From positions 1-35,934 of the forward strand of contig JALAGF010002914.1 of assembly GCA_030167865.1 (NCBI GenBank): 35,934 nucleotides of DNA, read 5' to 3'. The position numbers and the translations under genes are program-made. Below, in pieces: positions 22,144-32,821 of this stretch. This DNA comes from Craspedostauros australis. Its lineage: Eukaryota. Position 1 is the stretch's first letter. Each line of letters opens with the position of its first letter. The notes below the pieces were generated by a model that worked only from the letters and a program-made list of their open reading frames with translations, was not told where the DNA came from and ran no database searches.

Positions 22144-24230
22144 ATGGCATCGCAAGAGATTGACGATCGACCGAAAGATGGCGAGGCTGGATCTGCGTCC
22201 ATCGCAGAGGCAGAGACGGAGCCGTTGCTGACAACGATATTCGGTGTGATGGGGAACGTTCTGGGTGAGCATATCAATAACGTGCGACTTCGTGAGAGAG
22301 ACGGTGGCACTTTGCGCATCAGAACAGGGATGGATCCAATGCGATGATCGCACAACTTGATTCAGCGTGGACATGACTACGCAGTGCATACGTGGACGTA
22401 CCTTGATTTTGTGCTCGTGTGATACCAGGTCCCTTTCCAATCTCATCCAAAGATGCTCGCTCGCTCTCTTCCGCCTTTCCTTCTTTTCTTCCTTCCGTGA
22501 TCCGCTTACATTCTAACTTTGCTCACGGCTTCATCTTTCGCATCATCATCATCTACATCATCATCAACTAACGCAATACCAACCTTTGACGAACAAACAG
22601 AATGGTATGACTTTGCGCTGTTTGGATTCTTTTCCGGTACGTCCATCTATCCTTGCGTACGCGTATCGACGTTGTGTGCCACACCCCCAGGTGGTGATGA
22701 TCGAGCCTGTGGTCCAAGCACACTGATCATGGAACGCCCACAGGTATTGTATCACAATTGATGTGTGGGGTGCCACTTTCGTCACATGGCTTGTACGTAC
22801 GCATTCACATAAATTCGTCACCAACAATGACACACTCACACCATCAACAATCGCATCAAACAATCACTCCTCATATTATATGAGCAGACATCATCAGCGA
22901 CGTGTTCTTCCCCGAAGAAGACGAGGATGACGAGCATTCCAACCTCATCAAGAGTTTTGCCATCTTTGGCAGCGCCTTCCTCATGCGACCCATTGGCGGC
23001 ATGCTGATCGGTTACGTGGGCGACAAGCACGGACGCAAGCACGCATTGACGCGCAGCCTGTTTCTCATGGCAATCCCAACCACGTTGATGGGATTGCTGC
23101 CGACGTACGATCAGGTGGGAGGTTTGGCCATCGTTTTGCTGGTGCTGTGTCGGTTGCTGCAGGGTATTTCTGTCGGTGGTCAGCTGCCAGCATCGTTGGT
23201 GTACACGGTCGAAAAGAGAGATCCTGCGCACTGGGGGTACTACGGCGCGCTGCCCATGGTGGCAGCCAACTGCGGGACTTTGTTGGGCAATCTGTGCGGC
23301 GCGTTCATGAGAGAGATCTTGACGCAGGAGCAGCTACGAGACTTTGGATGGAGACTGCCATTCTTTTCTGGCATCATCATCGCATTCGTCGCATGTTACC
23401 TCAGCCGTCATGGCCAGGACGTGCATACCAACGCGAACGTGTACGATTCCGAAACGAGCGAGATCAAGAACCCGTTGCGAGCCGCGTTTCGTCGGGAGAA
23501 TCGGCTGGCCCTGTTCAGCACGTCGCTGGGACCGATGCTGTGGGCTGCGGGATTCTACCTCACGTACGTGTGGCTTGCCATTTACATGGAGGAGCTGCTG
23601 GATCCGTCCGTGACCAACGCCTTCTGGGTGAATGCCTGCAGCCTGTTCTTCGGCATGACCTTCATGCTACCCATCGCCGGACATGCCTCGGATCGGCTGG
23701 GCCGCATCAGGACCATGACGGTGGCAGCTCTTGCTTTGATGGTGGCGGGTCCGATCATGCTCGTCGTCATCGCACGCGGCGGGAGCTTCGCAGCCTTCCT
23801 CGCACAATGGTCGGTGGGTGTGATGCTCAGCTTCTTCGGCGCGCCGTTGTGCGCATGGTTGGTGGAATCCTTCGACAGCAGCGTGCGATTGACGAGCGCG
23901 TCGCTGGGATACGATCTTGCCCACGCCATCGCTGCGGGATACTCTCCCGCGATGGCCACGGCGTTGTTCAAGGACGTTGGCAAGTACGCGCCCGGCATGT
24001 TGTACACCATCTTTGGGTTCTTGTCGTTGGTGGGCATCTACACGAACCACTTTTGCGGTGGCAAAAATCTGACCGTGGAAGGCGGCGATGCATCGACGAC
24101 TGGCAGCACCAATCTGAGCAACAACAATGGCATTTCTTCAGCGAATGGGACAGGCAATGGGGATCTGGAATTGAGCAGCAACAGCAACACTCCTGACGAA
24201 AACAATGTTCCGTTGCCACAAATATCCTAG
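22144..24230 (+). CDS. MFS transporter, metabolite:H+ symporter (ProP proline/betaine-like) family, 3 exons (22144-22264, 22601-22636, 22888-24230), about 499 aa
   Basis: Splicing restores the MHS signature GNVLEWYDFALFGFFSDII...FFP. Also FLMRPIGG..IG..GDKHGRK, LLPTYDQVG, RLLQGISVGG, GWRLPF and SDRLGR. Confidence 0.92.
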
Positions 24231-24543
24231 ATAGGACTATTCATGTCAAGGACAGTGATCGAACATTGGGCAATGGCAGAACCAGAGTATTCCGTTTCCA
24301 AACGAAGCAACGTTGATAATTCAAAATAGGACTTGCATGATTTTAAAGTGTTGATTTTGTTGTTGGATTTTGTGTTGTCTTTTCTGATGTGTACGTTTAG
24401 CTGCATTGCATCACGCCGTCATCACTGGATGTCGATTTCATTGCAATTGTTTTGTCGTATAGTACAAGTAGAACACTCGTAGAGTATATAATAGCACTTT
24501 GTGGAAGATCACCATGCGGTTCGCAAACGCACTTTGCTTCTCC

Positions 24544-25206
24544 TTACTTCTTCAAACTGATCATGACGCGTCCGTCTCTCTCTCCGAGCGCGTACACGGG
24601 CAAAGGACCGGCCTCCTTATTGGCCGAAAACAGGGACTTGGCGATACCACCAAGGAGACCCGTCTGTTCTGCCGATTCCAGCTGCTCTCCCGTCGTGAGG
24701 CTGTACGTCGACTTGCAGAAATCGCAGCTCAATCGTGGCGCGCCCTTGCTGTCGTCACTGGCTGGCAGGACTTTGGCCTTCGTCAATGGGATCTTGCACG
24801 ACGGACACGAGACGCTGAAACAGAACATGTCGTCGTCGTGTTTGAGGACCGACACGGCGCCCTGGGGATTGGTGTTGCGATCGACGAGCGGCAGGGCCAT
24901 CGTCTCGATGAGCCCGATCTTGCCTTCCTCCTTGGGCAGATCCTTGGTCCTGATCTTGGGCACGGTGATCCATTCCTTTCCGCTGCCGGCGCTTTGGCCC
25001 AGACTGCCCTGTCCTGCGGAGCCCTTGGAGTTGCCGCCGCTGTTGCCCAATTCCTTTTGGAAGGAGCCGCGTCCGCGCTTCATCATCAACGCAGAACGCT
25101 TTGTGGGTGCCGAATACGATGGCATGATGTAGGCATTCGTCATTGCTGGTGCCATGACGACGATCTGCGCGCAGATGGTCATGAGGATTGGGCTGATAGA
25201 CTTCAT
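24544..25206 (-). CDS. Plastid-targeted Rieske-fold protein with atypical four-Cys ligand set
   Basis: Signal peptide ending TNA|YIM (aromatic residue at +1, ASAFAP-type) followed by a basic Ser-rich transit peptide. CPSCKIPL ... LSCDFCKSTYSLTTG ... LPVYAL.ERDGRV.I aligns with the Rieske ferredoxin pattern. Confidence 0.75.
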   Translation of the reverse strand: MKSISPILMTICAQIVVMAPAMTNAYIMPSYSAPTKRSALMMKRGRGSFQKELGNSGGNSKGSAGQGSLGQSAGSGKEWITVPKIRTKDLPKEEGKIGLIETMALPLVDRNTNPQGAVSVLKHDDDMFCFSVSCPSCKIPLTKAKVLPASDDSKGAPRLSCDFCKSTYSLTTGEQLESAEQTGLLGGIAKSLFSANKEAGPLPVYALGERDGRVMISLKK

Positions 25207-26199
25207 CTTGATAACTTTGTTCTTCTGCTTCTTCTGGGCTGCTTCTGATTACGATTTATGATTGAGCGGGGGTAGACTCGAGCAGAGATCTCTTCGTTTT
25301 GCACTCTCCATTCTCCATCCCGCATGCTCTGGTCCCAACATCGTTGCGACAGAACACGACAGCATCACCTGATCGTCGCATGACTGTTGCCATGGTGGCG
25401 AGTGATGTTGCAGTGTCGATCCTGCGTCATGTTGATGTTGTGGCGTTCTCATTTCACCACTTCACATCAACAACGTCATCACAAGCAGTCGAGCTATTCG
25501 GACACAGTCAGAACAAGTTCTCAAAACACTCTAGCTTTGTGCGGAGATACTAGTATACTCCGATGAATGACCATGTGACACTGCAAAACAAGACCTGCTC
25601 GGATTCTTGTTGGGTTCCAACTCCTCGATTATCGGTCATCACCAACAGACAACCGAAAATATCATCGGAGTCAAACAAGATTGGGATGAGCCGGATCTTG
25701 TGGATGATAGTTGTCACACACAAGCTCACCCGTTCGATGGCGATCATACCGTCTAAATAACGTCCCAAGGTACTGTTTGTTGGGTTGACTGCGACGAAAG
25801 TTTATGTCACATGGGTCGCCGTTCAAATTCGATCTTGTGGAAGCACGCTTCCCACAAATTGGCATGGTGCGGCATTTGAGTTGGTTTCTCCTGTTCTTAT
25901 GAAGCCTTTCGCCAACACGACCGCCAATTGGGCACGGAAGTCCGCAACGTGTTGTAACGCGGGAGCACTCTGCCGTACATCACCACACAAACAAGAAAGT
26001 GGAAATTAGGAGCATGGGATGAAGAGCACACAATCTACAACCAACAACAATCAACAAGACATTCAACAGCCTCGACGAAAACGATATCCGTAACACCAGC
26101 TGAAGCATCGACTGGAGCATCAACCGAAGCATCAAGAGGTAGTAAAAGCAACAACAGAAGCAATAGTAACACCGCAATAGCAACAGCAATCGAGACAAG

Positions 26200-27201
26200 A
26201 TGAGAACGACAAGCATCCTCCTCCTGATCGCCGCCTTGGCGTTCGCCCAAGCAAAGGACCCCACCACAGCAGTCGAAAAGAAGGAAGACAGAATACTGTC
26301 AGGTACGATTCTAGCACAGCGCAGCGCAGTGTCACGCCACACGACAGTCAAGCATGGAACGATGCAGAGCCTGTCATGCATGGGGGTCCACCTTGGGCTT
26401 CGATTGATCGGCTGTTTGATGGATAGGTCACCGATGTTGCTTGAGAACTTCTCCCTAGTCGCAATATCTGACATTCAGTCCGCCCTTTCCCATCTCCTCT
26501 CCCGCCATTCCTCGACTTGACTCCACTCTGCTCTCTTCTTTCATATTGCACCTATTGCTCGTACTGCGCCTATTGCTGCAGACTACATCCCACCATCAAC
26601 GCACACGCCAAAGGCACACCCGCCAAAGAACCCAAGCACAACCACAGCAGCAGCATCTGGAAGCGGATCAGGATCGGGAAGCGGCGGCGGTTCAGGTAGC
26701 GGCGGTTCCGGAGGTGGAAGTGGCTCAGGTAGCGGTGGATCCGGAAGCGGAGGTGGCTCTGGCAGCGGTGGATCCGGAAGTGGAGGTGGCTCAGGCAGCG
26801 GCTCAGGCAGCGGCGGTTCCGGCTCTTCTTTCAGCAGCAGTAGCGGCGGCTCAGGCAGTGGAAGCGGTGGAAGTGGCTCAGCGAGCAGCGCCACAGGCAG
26901 CGATGGAGGCGGCAGTGGCGCCTTCGGAACAAACGGCTCGCGATCGACAGGATTCAACCAGAACATGCGACGAACGGGACCAATGGTCCTCGTGGGTGCC
27001 GCTGTTGCCGTGGGTGCAGCCATCGCTGTCACAGTGCGTACCAAGCAAAAGGTTACCTCGAATGATCATCCGCTCAAGGGAGCTCTCAACCGCAGAATCA
27101 ACCTCTTCTCTTCCATGGCCACGCACGGTTCCGGAAGCAGACCCGCACGCAGAGATCAGGAAACAGAAATGGGATACGTCAATGCGAACAACATCGTGTA
27201 A
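26200..27201 (+). CDS. SAP-like single-pass membrane protein C with Gly/Ser repeat, 2 exons (26200-26302, 26582-27201), about 240 aa
   Basis: Exon 1 MRTTSILLLIAALAFAQA|KDP...EDRILS (signal peptide + RXL). GTACG donor at 26303 and TGCAG acceptor ending 26581 give an in-frame DYIPPSTHTPKAHPPKNP, GS-rich tract, TM MVLVGAAVAVGAAIAVTV and HPLKGALNRRINLFS. Confidence 0.85.
26695..26793 (+). repeat. Three near-identical 33-bp coding repeats (GSGGSG[GS]G[SG]GS) in SAP-like gene C
   Basis: ggtagcggcggttccggaggtggaagtggctca / ggtagcggtggatccggaagcggaggtggctct / ggcagcggtggatccggaagtggaggtggctca. Confidence 0.8.
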
Positions 27202-27717
27202 ACGGTGTCGCATCATGCGATGCAACGCGATGCACAGCCCCTCTATGTGTCTGTCTCTCTTGTTGTAAGCATGCCACGCAAGGACATGTCCCACCCTCCT
27301 CTACGTTCATCCATCTACTGCTCTGCTTCATTTGAAAGAACAAATCCACCACAACACCACATCAATCCATTTCAACGATTGGTCCAATAAACGCAACATC
27401 ATACTAGCAAACTGTACCATTACTACGACAACACCCGGCGCAGCTTTTGCTCCCGTACAGCCTTGAACTTGAACCGTGTTTGATTCGGACGCGGCTATTT
27501 CTTTGGCGAAACGCGATCCCGCCAACCGAATTTGATTTGTCCAGCGGAGATTCTCTTTCTGTTGTGGGAACACTCCGACATCTCGCACACAAAACTAGCA
27601 CATGATCGTTGTTCTCGGATGGCTCCAGCAACAAAAGATCCACTCTCTGGCACAGTGCTCATACTACTCGACACTACCAACATCGACATTGACATCAACA
27701 TCAACACTCACGCTAAT

Positions 27718-27744
<27 letters not shown>
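27718..27744 (+). repeat. (AGC)9 microsatellite just upstream of the MscS start
   Basis: Read directly. Confidence 0.85.
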
Positions 27745-27748
<4 letters not shown>

Positions 27749-27750
27749 CT

Positions 27751-28980
27751 ATGTCGAGACGCTCTGTATTCGACGCTCAACGCATCATGCCGGCCACATC
27801 GGCAGCCGACGAGTTCTGTGAAGCACCACCGGCGACGCAGGATGAGGAAGCGTCTCCTGCTTTGGCAGGCAACATCCTTCCCTTCTTCAAAACACTCATC
27901 TTGGCACCCATGGAGGCCAATCTGATCCTGCAGGAGGTCCTGCGCTTGTGCCACTGGGAGGACGTCCTCTTCATCCTCTGCATGGGCTGGCTGCTGCTTC
28001 CGTTGGTCGAAACGTTCTACAACCACAGCACTTCGAGCGCTTCGGCGCCATTCCGACAAACCAGATGCTACCACATCGTCAGTCTCATCGCGCAGATGAG
28101 CCAGATCGCTCTCCTGATCTACATCGTCGATATCCTCGACATCGCCAGAGCTGCCGTCGGCATTTCATTCCGAAGCACCAGGGACATCCCGGTCACCTTC
28201 GCCAAACTCGTCTACCTCCTCTGGGCGGCGCGCAAACTAGCGCGCTTCAAGAATTACCTCCTCCTCAAATCGACCGACGGCAAGCGCCCGGGCCTCATGC
28301 ATCTCATCGACCGCATGCTCGATGGCATCATCGCCTGCATCACCCTCTTCTCCGTCGTCGACGTCCTCGACGTGGAAGGCGCCGGCCTCAAGAGCTTCAT
28401 CACGTTCGGTTCCGCCGGTACATTGGCATTCACGCTGGCGTCGCAATCGATCGTCAGCGCCATCGTCAACGGATTCGCATTGAGCGCGTCGAACCGATTC
28501 TACGTCGGCGAATTCGTGCGCTTCGGCGACGGCACGTCCGGCACCGTCATGAAGTTGGGTTGGATGGAGACCATCTTACGCAGCAGCGACAACCTCATCG
28601 TCGCCGTGCCCAACACGCAGCTGGCGGGACAGCGCGTCACGAACTTATCGCGCCATGATCGCTGTCAGGTCCTGCAGCATTTGCGGTTCGATTACGACGA
28701 TATGGACAAGCTGCCCGCTCTCGCCGAGACGATCCGTCGCGAGTTGCCCAAGGTGTGTCCCAACTTGATCATGGATGGATCGCGACCCTTTCGCGTCCTC
28801 GTCAGCGATATGTGCGATACGCACGTGGAGTTCATGGTCAATGCGCATTTCGCGTTGCCGCCGATCGGCGATCTGTACTGGACGAATCGGCAGCAAGTCA
28901 TCCTCACGATCCATCGGTGTGTGCAGGAGCACGGATTGAAGATCGCCGTGCTGCGGTTCGGCGGTGTTGCGAAGTCTTGA
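27751..28980 (+). CDS. Small-conductance mechanosensitive channel (MscS family)
   Basis: Likely ATG at 27751. TFGSAGTLAFTLASQSIVSAIVNG...FYVGEFV.F...SGTV.KLGWMET.LRSSD.LIVAVPN.QL....VTNLSR is the MscS TM3 / beta-domain consensus. Confidence 0.9.
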   Translation: MSRRSVFDAQRIMPATSAADEFCEAPPATQDEEASPALAGNILPFFKTLILAPMEANLILQEVLRLCHWEDVLFILCMGWLLLPLVETFYNHSTSSASAPFRQTRCYHIVSLIAQMSQIALLIYIVDILDIARAAVGISFRSTRDIPVTFAKLVYLLWAARKLARFKNYLLLKSTDGKRPGLMHLIDRMLDGIIACITLFSVVDVLDVEGAGLKSFITFGSAGTLAFTLASQSIVSAIVNGFALSASNRFYVGEFVRFGDGTSGTVMKLGWMETILRSSDNLIVAVPNTQLAGQRVTNLSRHDRCQVLQHLRFDYDDMDKLPALAETIRRELPKVCPNLIMDGSRPFRVLVSDMCDTHVEFMVNAHFALPPIGDLYWTNRQQVILTIHRCVQEHGLKIAVLRFGGVAKS

Positions 28981-29302
28981 AATGCTCGCGGCGTGGATCT
29001 TCATGATGGGGTCATGGAAGAGTAGGTACAAAGAGGCGACGGCGGCCATTGGAGAGGGAGCGTTGTAATCATCTGTTTCATGTCGGCGCCTACGAGTAGA
29101 GAGTGCATGATGGATCTATCAACAAGCTGTGGTTGATGTTGATGTTGGTGTCGGCGTTGGTGTCGACGTTTGCGTTGGCCTACCCGGTACGGTAAAATGC
29201 AGCGATGGTACAAAGTTGTATGTGTGCATAGGTCGTACGCATGCTCTTGCACACCCACGGATATTTAGTGTCACTACGAGTACGATCATTTCAATCTAAG
29301 AG

Positions 29303-31190
29303 TTATGCTTGAAAGGCCTTGAGGATGGCCTCACTATCGGGCCGCTCCTCCCCGGCCAGCATCGGCACGTACACCTCACCTTCGTTGTTCATCAAATCGC
29401 GACGCTGATGTGCCACCCACGGTGCCGTCGGTGACATCTTCGTCATGCAACCAAGGATGGGAAAGTAGGATGTCCCGCTGATGTAGATGTTTTGGAAATG
29501 ATAGATGGTCTCGAAGGAGTTGGCGAAATCCATACGCTGCTGCCTGCCACGCACGCTCTGCTGTCCCTGCGAACTGATCTTGTCTTCGAGGTCGGCGTTG
29601 ATGAGGATGACGGGCCGATCGCCCGCGGCTTCCACCATCTCCTCCAACGGCCTGATGATGGAAGATTCGATGCCCACCATGCTCTGCGGAGCGATGAGGA
29701 GGAAGACATCGTCCTGATGCACGGTCGAGCCATCCTCTTCGTTGATGTGCTCATCGACGACGTGCTCCTTGCCGATGGCACCGAAATTCAAATAATCCCC
29801 CACCATGCCCTCGTTGATCTCGCCTTCCTTCGATTGCCAATCCATCATCTGCAGGAGCTTGGCCACGCCGTTGAGTTGCTTGGGCACGCCCGTGAAGATG
29901 CCCACGCCCATGCTGCCCTGCACGCAGACGCGCACGCGTAAGTTACCTTCCTCGATCAAGCGTATCGTGATGGCGCGCACCATCTCGAGGATCGTGCCGA
30001 TGCGGTAGCTGTCCATGGAGGGGTTCATTTCGGGGAACATGCTGACGATCTTCATGCGGTTGGATACGGTCGTGGCATTGGAGTTGGCGCATCGGATGAC
30101 GGCATCCAACGTGGCTTGCGCTGCCATGTCATAGAAGTACTGTCGGACGTACCGATTGTGTGGCACCTGGTTGAGGTAGAGATTCTCCTTGATTTCTCCC
30201 CTGGGCTTCTTGATGTCGTCCTCGGGATCATCGTTGAGCTGAATCCCGAGCTGAATCAGTTTGCCCGTCACCGCTGGGTGGTCGACGATCCAGCAAAAGC
30301 GCAGGAGCTTGCGAATGACGACGTCCATTGGTGATAGGTTCTCGAGGAATTCTGGCCGCACCGGTGCTTGAACTGACGAAGCGACTCGTGATTTGGATAC
30401 TGGCATGGCATCTACCTCGCGAGAGTAGGTTGGGATTGAATTGAATTGCATGGCATTAAATCAAATGAAGTGGCGTGCAGTCGAACGAGATGAGTACAAG
30501 GAGAAGAGTGGTGGGCAACAGGAGGGGCAGCCGGTGGATACGAGCAGAGCACAAAATTAATAGGCAACATGGGTATTAAACAGAAACAAGAGCTCAAGGT
30601 CCGACACCCACACATCCATTCATGAATGCAAATGATGTGCCGTCCGCGATGCACAGCCATCCCCACTCACCCATATCTACCGTGACAGTTTCAGAACGTG
30701 GTGGCTTGCCTCGTTCCTGAATCTGAACATCCAATTCCATGGACTGCGTATCGATGTTGATGAGCTGAGAGCTTTCAATGAGGTACGATTCACCGCTCCA
30801 GGCATTCTTCTGCTTCATTTCTTGGCCCAAACTCGAAAAGACTTCTGCGATGGATCGCAATGTGTCAGAATGGTGCTTGTTCAAGTATCCCATGGTGAAA
30901 TCCAACTGCGAAGCACTGAGCGATGCATGCTGAGATGATGATGGCGTTGACGATGATGTAGACGGCAATGGCGATTGCCTTGATTTGGCTGTATTGGAAC
31001 TGGCATGGCCAAGGTGTCTCTGATGCTGTTGCTTTCCGAAGTCTCCGAATGCTGAGGATGCATCCCCATCACACTGATGACGATGGCAATAACTCGAGGA
31101 GACATGACTGCCGTGCGTGGTGAACCCAGTCGTCACGCTCGCGCTCACGCTGATGAGCAGCACCACCAAAGAACTTCTGAAAGTGAACAT
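29303..31190 (-). CDS. Plastid-targeted DUF2470 + DUF1995 protein, 2 exons (31190-30671, 30411-29303), about 542 aa
   Basis: Signal peptide ending TG|FTT plus a transit peptide. MGYLNKHHSDTL...INIDTQSMEL is DUF2470-like. FPEMNPSMDSYRIGTILEMVR...RVRVCVQGSMG.G.FTG.P...DRPVILINADLED resembles the DUF1995 domain of plant plastid adenylate kinase 5. GTGAG donor at 30670 and TAG acceptor at 30414-30412 are phase-consistent. Confidence 0.8.
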
Positions 31191-31636
31191 GGTGATGGAT
31201 CTTTCTTGTATTGGTGTGGTCGTCGGAGTAGACGCTGGCACGATGGTCAATGGCCTCCTTCAGAGTCACGTGTGTTATGATTAATCGGGGCACCTCTCTC
31301 GAGAAGAGCAACTCCAGCAAGGAATGAGCACATGCGAGGGCTGTTGGGGTTGGGTAGGGTTGAACGGGAAGATACGGAAACGCGCGCCATGGTCGATCTC
31401 GTTGACGTCGCCCGTGACTCAACTGATGCCGAAACAAGACTCAATGGATCAAACGGTGAATCCTCGAGTCTTTCCACACTCTCGTGTATGAGCCAGATGG
31501 AGGAGGCCTCCCTCCGCACGAGTTGCGTCGACTTGGCTTGCAGGGAGACCATGCTGCTGCTAAGCATTCACATTCCAGTTCAGCGTCTCATAGTGGGACC
31601 GCTATTCGACGCCTCCAATCTCCTCTATGATCTATT

Positions 31637-32821
31637 CTACCTCGCACCAATGATCGCAGACGGCCGATGCTCCTCATGATCCAAGCTCCACCACAGATTG
31701 AGGTACGGCATCTTCTGTCGTTTCAGATGCGCCATGATCCACGGCACGGTGGTGCGGTATTCCTTCCACGTCACATCGTTCTTGGGACCGCGCACTTTGC
31801 CTTCTCCCACCAACCTGTATCCCGCATCGACCAGTATCTGCAGCGCTTCCTTGACGAGATGGAGGTTATGGATGCGTGACTCCTGACTCAGCTCCATGAA
31901 GACGTTGCGCACCTGCTGCGTTTGCAGCAACCGTCGCGCACCCAACAGAACCTGCGCTTCGTGATCCTCGACGTCGATCTTGAGGATTTCGATGCGCGGC
32001 ATCATGCTGCCGGCATCGAGCCAGCCACGATTTTGCGCGAAGTCGTCCAACGTGATGACGGGCAACATGGAAACGAGGGCATCGTCGAGCTTTGCATTTG
32101 CGTCACTTGCTTTGCCATCGTCGACAGTCCGAAACTGCCCTGCGCCAGGATTGACACGATTCTCCACAAACATGGCCTGGCTCGTTTGATTGGATAACCC
32201 GTACGCGAATACGTTGATGCTTGCATTTCCTGTTTCCGTTCCGTCCCATCCATTCAAATGGATGGATTCGCACAGCCGTCTTTGATTGTGCGGATTGGGC
32301 TCGAACGCATCCACCGTGATTGCACTGCGCGCGCTCGCACTCAATAAGGAGTAGTATCCAATGTTGGCGCCCACATCCATGACGTGCAACTTGTCGCCGT
32401 TCGCCTTGGACAGTAAATGCTCCCAGATCTCTTCCAAGATGAATTCGTAGTACTGCCCGCGTTCCATGATCATCCAGCGGCCTGGATCGAACTCCTTGGA
32501 ATGCAGCGAAATCCAAAAGGGATGTTCGCCGGTCGTCTCGCGTTTGTGAAGGATGGTGCCGTTGGTGGTGTCGCGCAGCAGCGCTGGACAATCGACCGTC
32601 CGGTACTCGCGCTGCAGATGATTACTGCTCGAGATCATTGTCGGCATGATCTGCATTTCATTCATCAGGGCCCCTTGTTCGGTGTATTGCATGGATGTGA
32701 CCAGCAAAGTGATCACGACGAAGACGCCTTGCAGCCACCTCGACTTGCATGCTCTCAATCCCACAGCCACAATGGTTGCGTGGGTCCTCCTCTTTTGTGA
32801 GCTCTTCAATGGTGGCACCAT
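31637..32821 (-). CDS. FkbM-family (Methyltransf_21) SAM-dependent methyltransferase with N-terminal membrane anchor
   Basis: VMDVGANIGYYSL, DAFEPNPHN, VITLDDF, ILKIDVEDHEAQVLLGA; N-terminal hydrophobic WLQGVFVVITLLVTS. Confidence 0.9.
   Translation of the reverse strand: MVPPLKSSQKRRTHATIVAVGLRACKSRWLQGVFVVITLLVTSMQYTEQGALMNEMQIMPTMISSSNHLQREYRTVDCPALLRDTTNGTILHKRETTGEHPFWISLHSKEFDPGRWMIMERGQYYEFILEEIWEHLLSKANGDKLHVMDVGANIGYYSLLSASARSAITVDAFEPNPHNQRRLCESIHLNGWDGTETGNASINVFAYGLSNQTSQAMFVENRVNPGAGQFRTVDDGKASDANAKLDDALVSMLPVITLDDFAQNRGWLDAGSMMPRIEILKIDVEDHEAQVLLGARRLLQTQQVRNVFMELSQESRIHNLHLVKEALQILVDAGYRLVGEGKVRGPKNDVTWKEYRTTVPWIMAHLKRQKMPYLNLWWSLDHEEHRPSAIIGAR

Noticed and set aside
23147-24196. 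349-aa alternative-frame ORF within the MFS gene
   Set aside because: Arg-rich frame shadow caused by GC-rich codon usage.
26546-27268. 240-aa + strand ORF and 153-aa Pro-rich - strand ORF
   Set aside because: Alternative-frame and antisense shadows of the spliced SAP-like gene C, whose frame gives a coherent signal-RXL-TM-motif protein.
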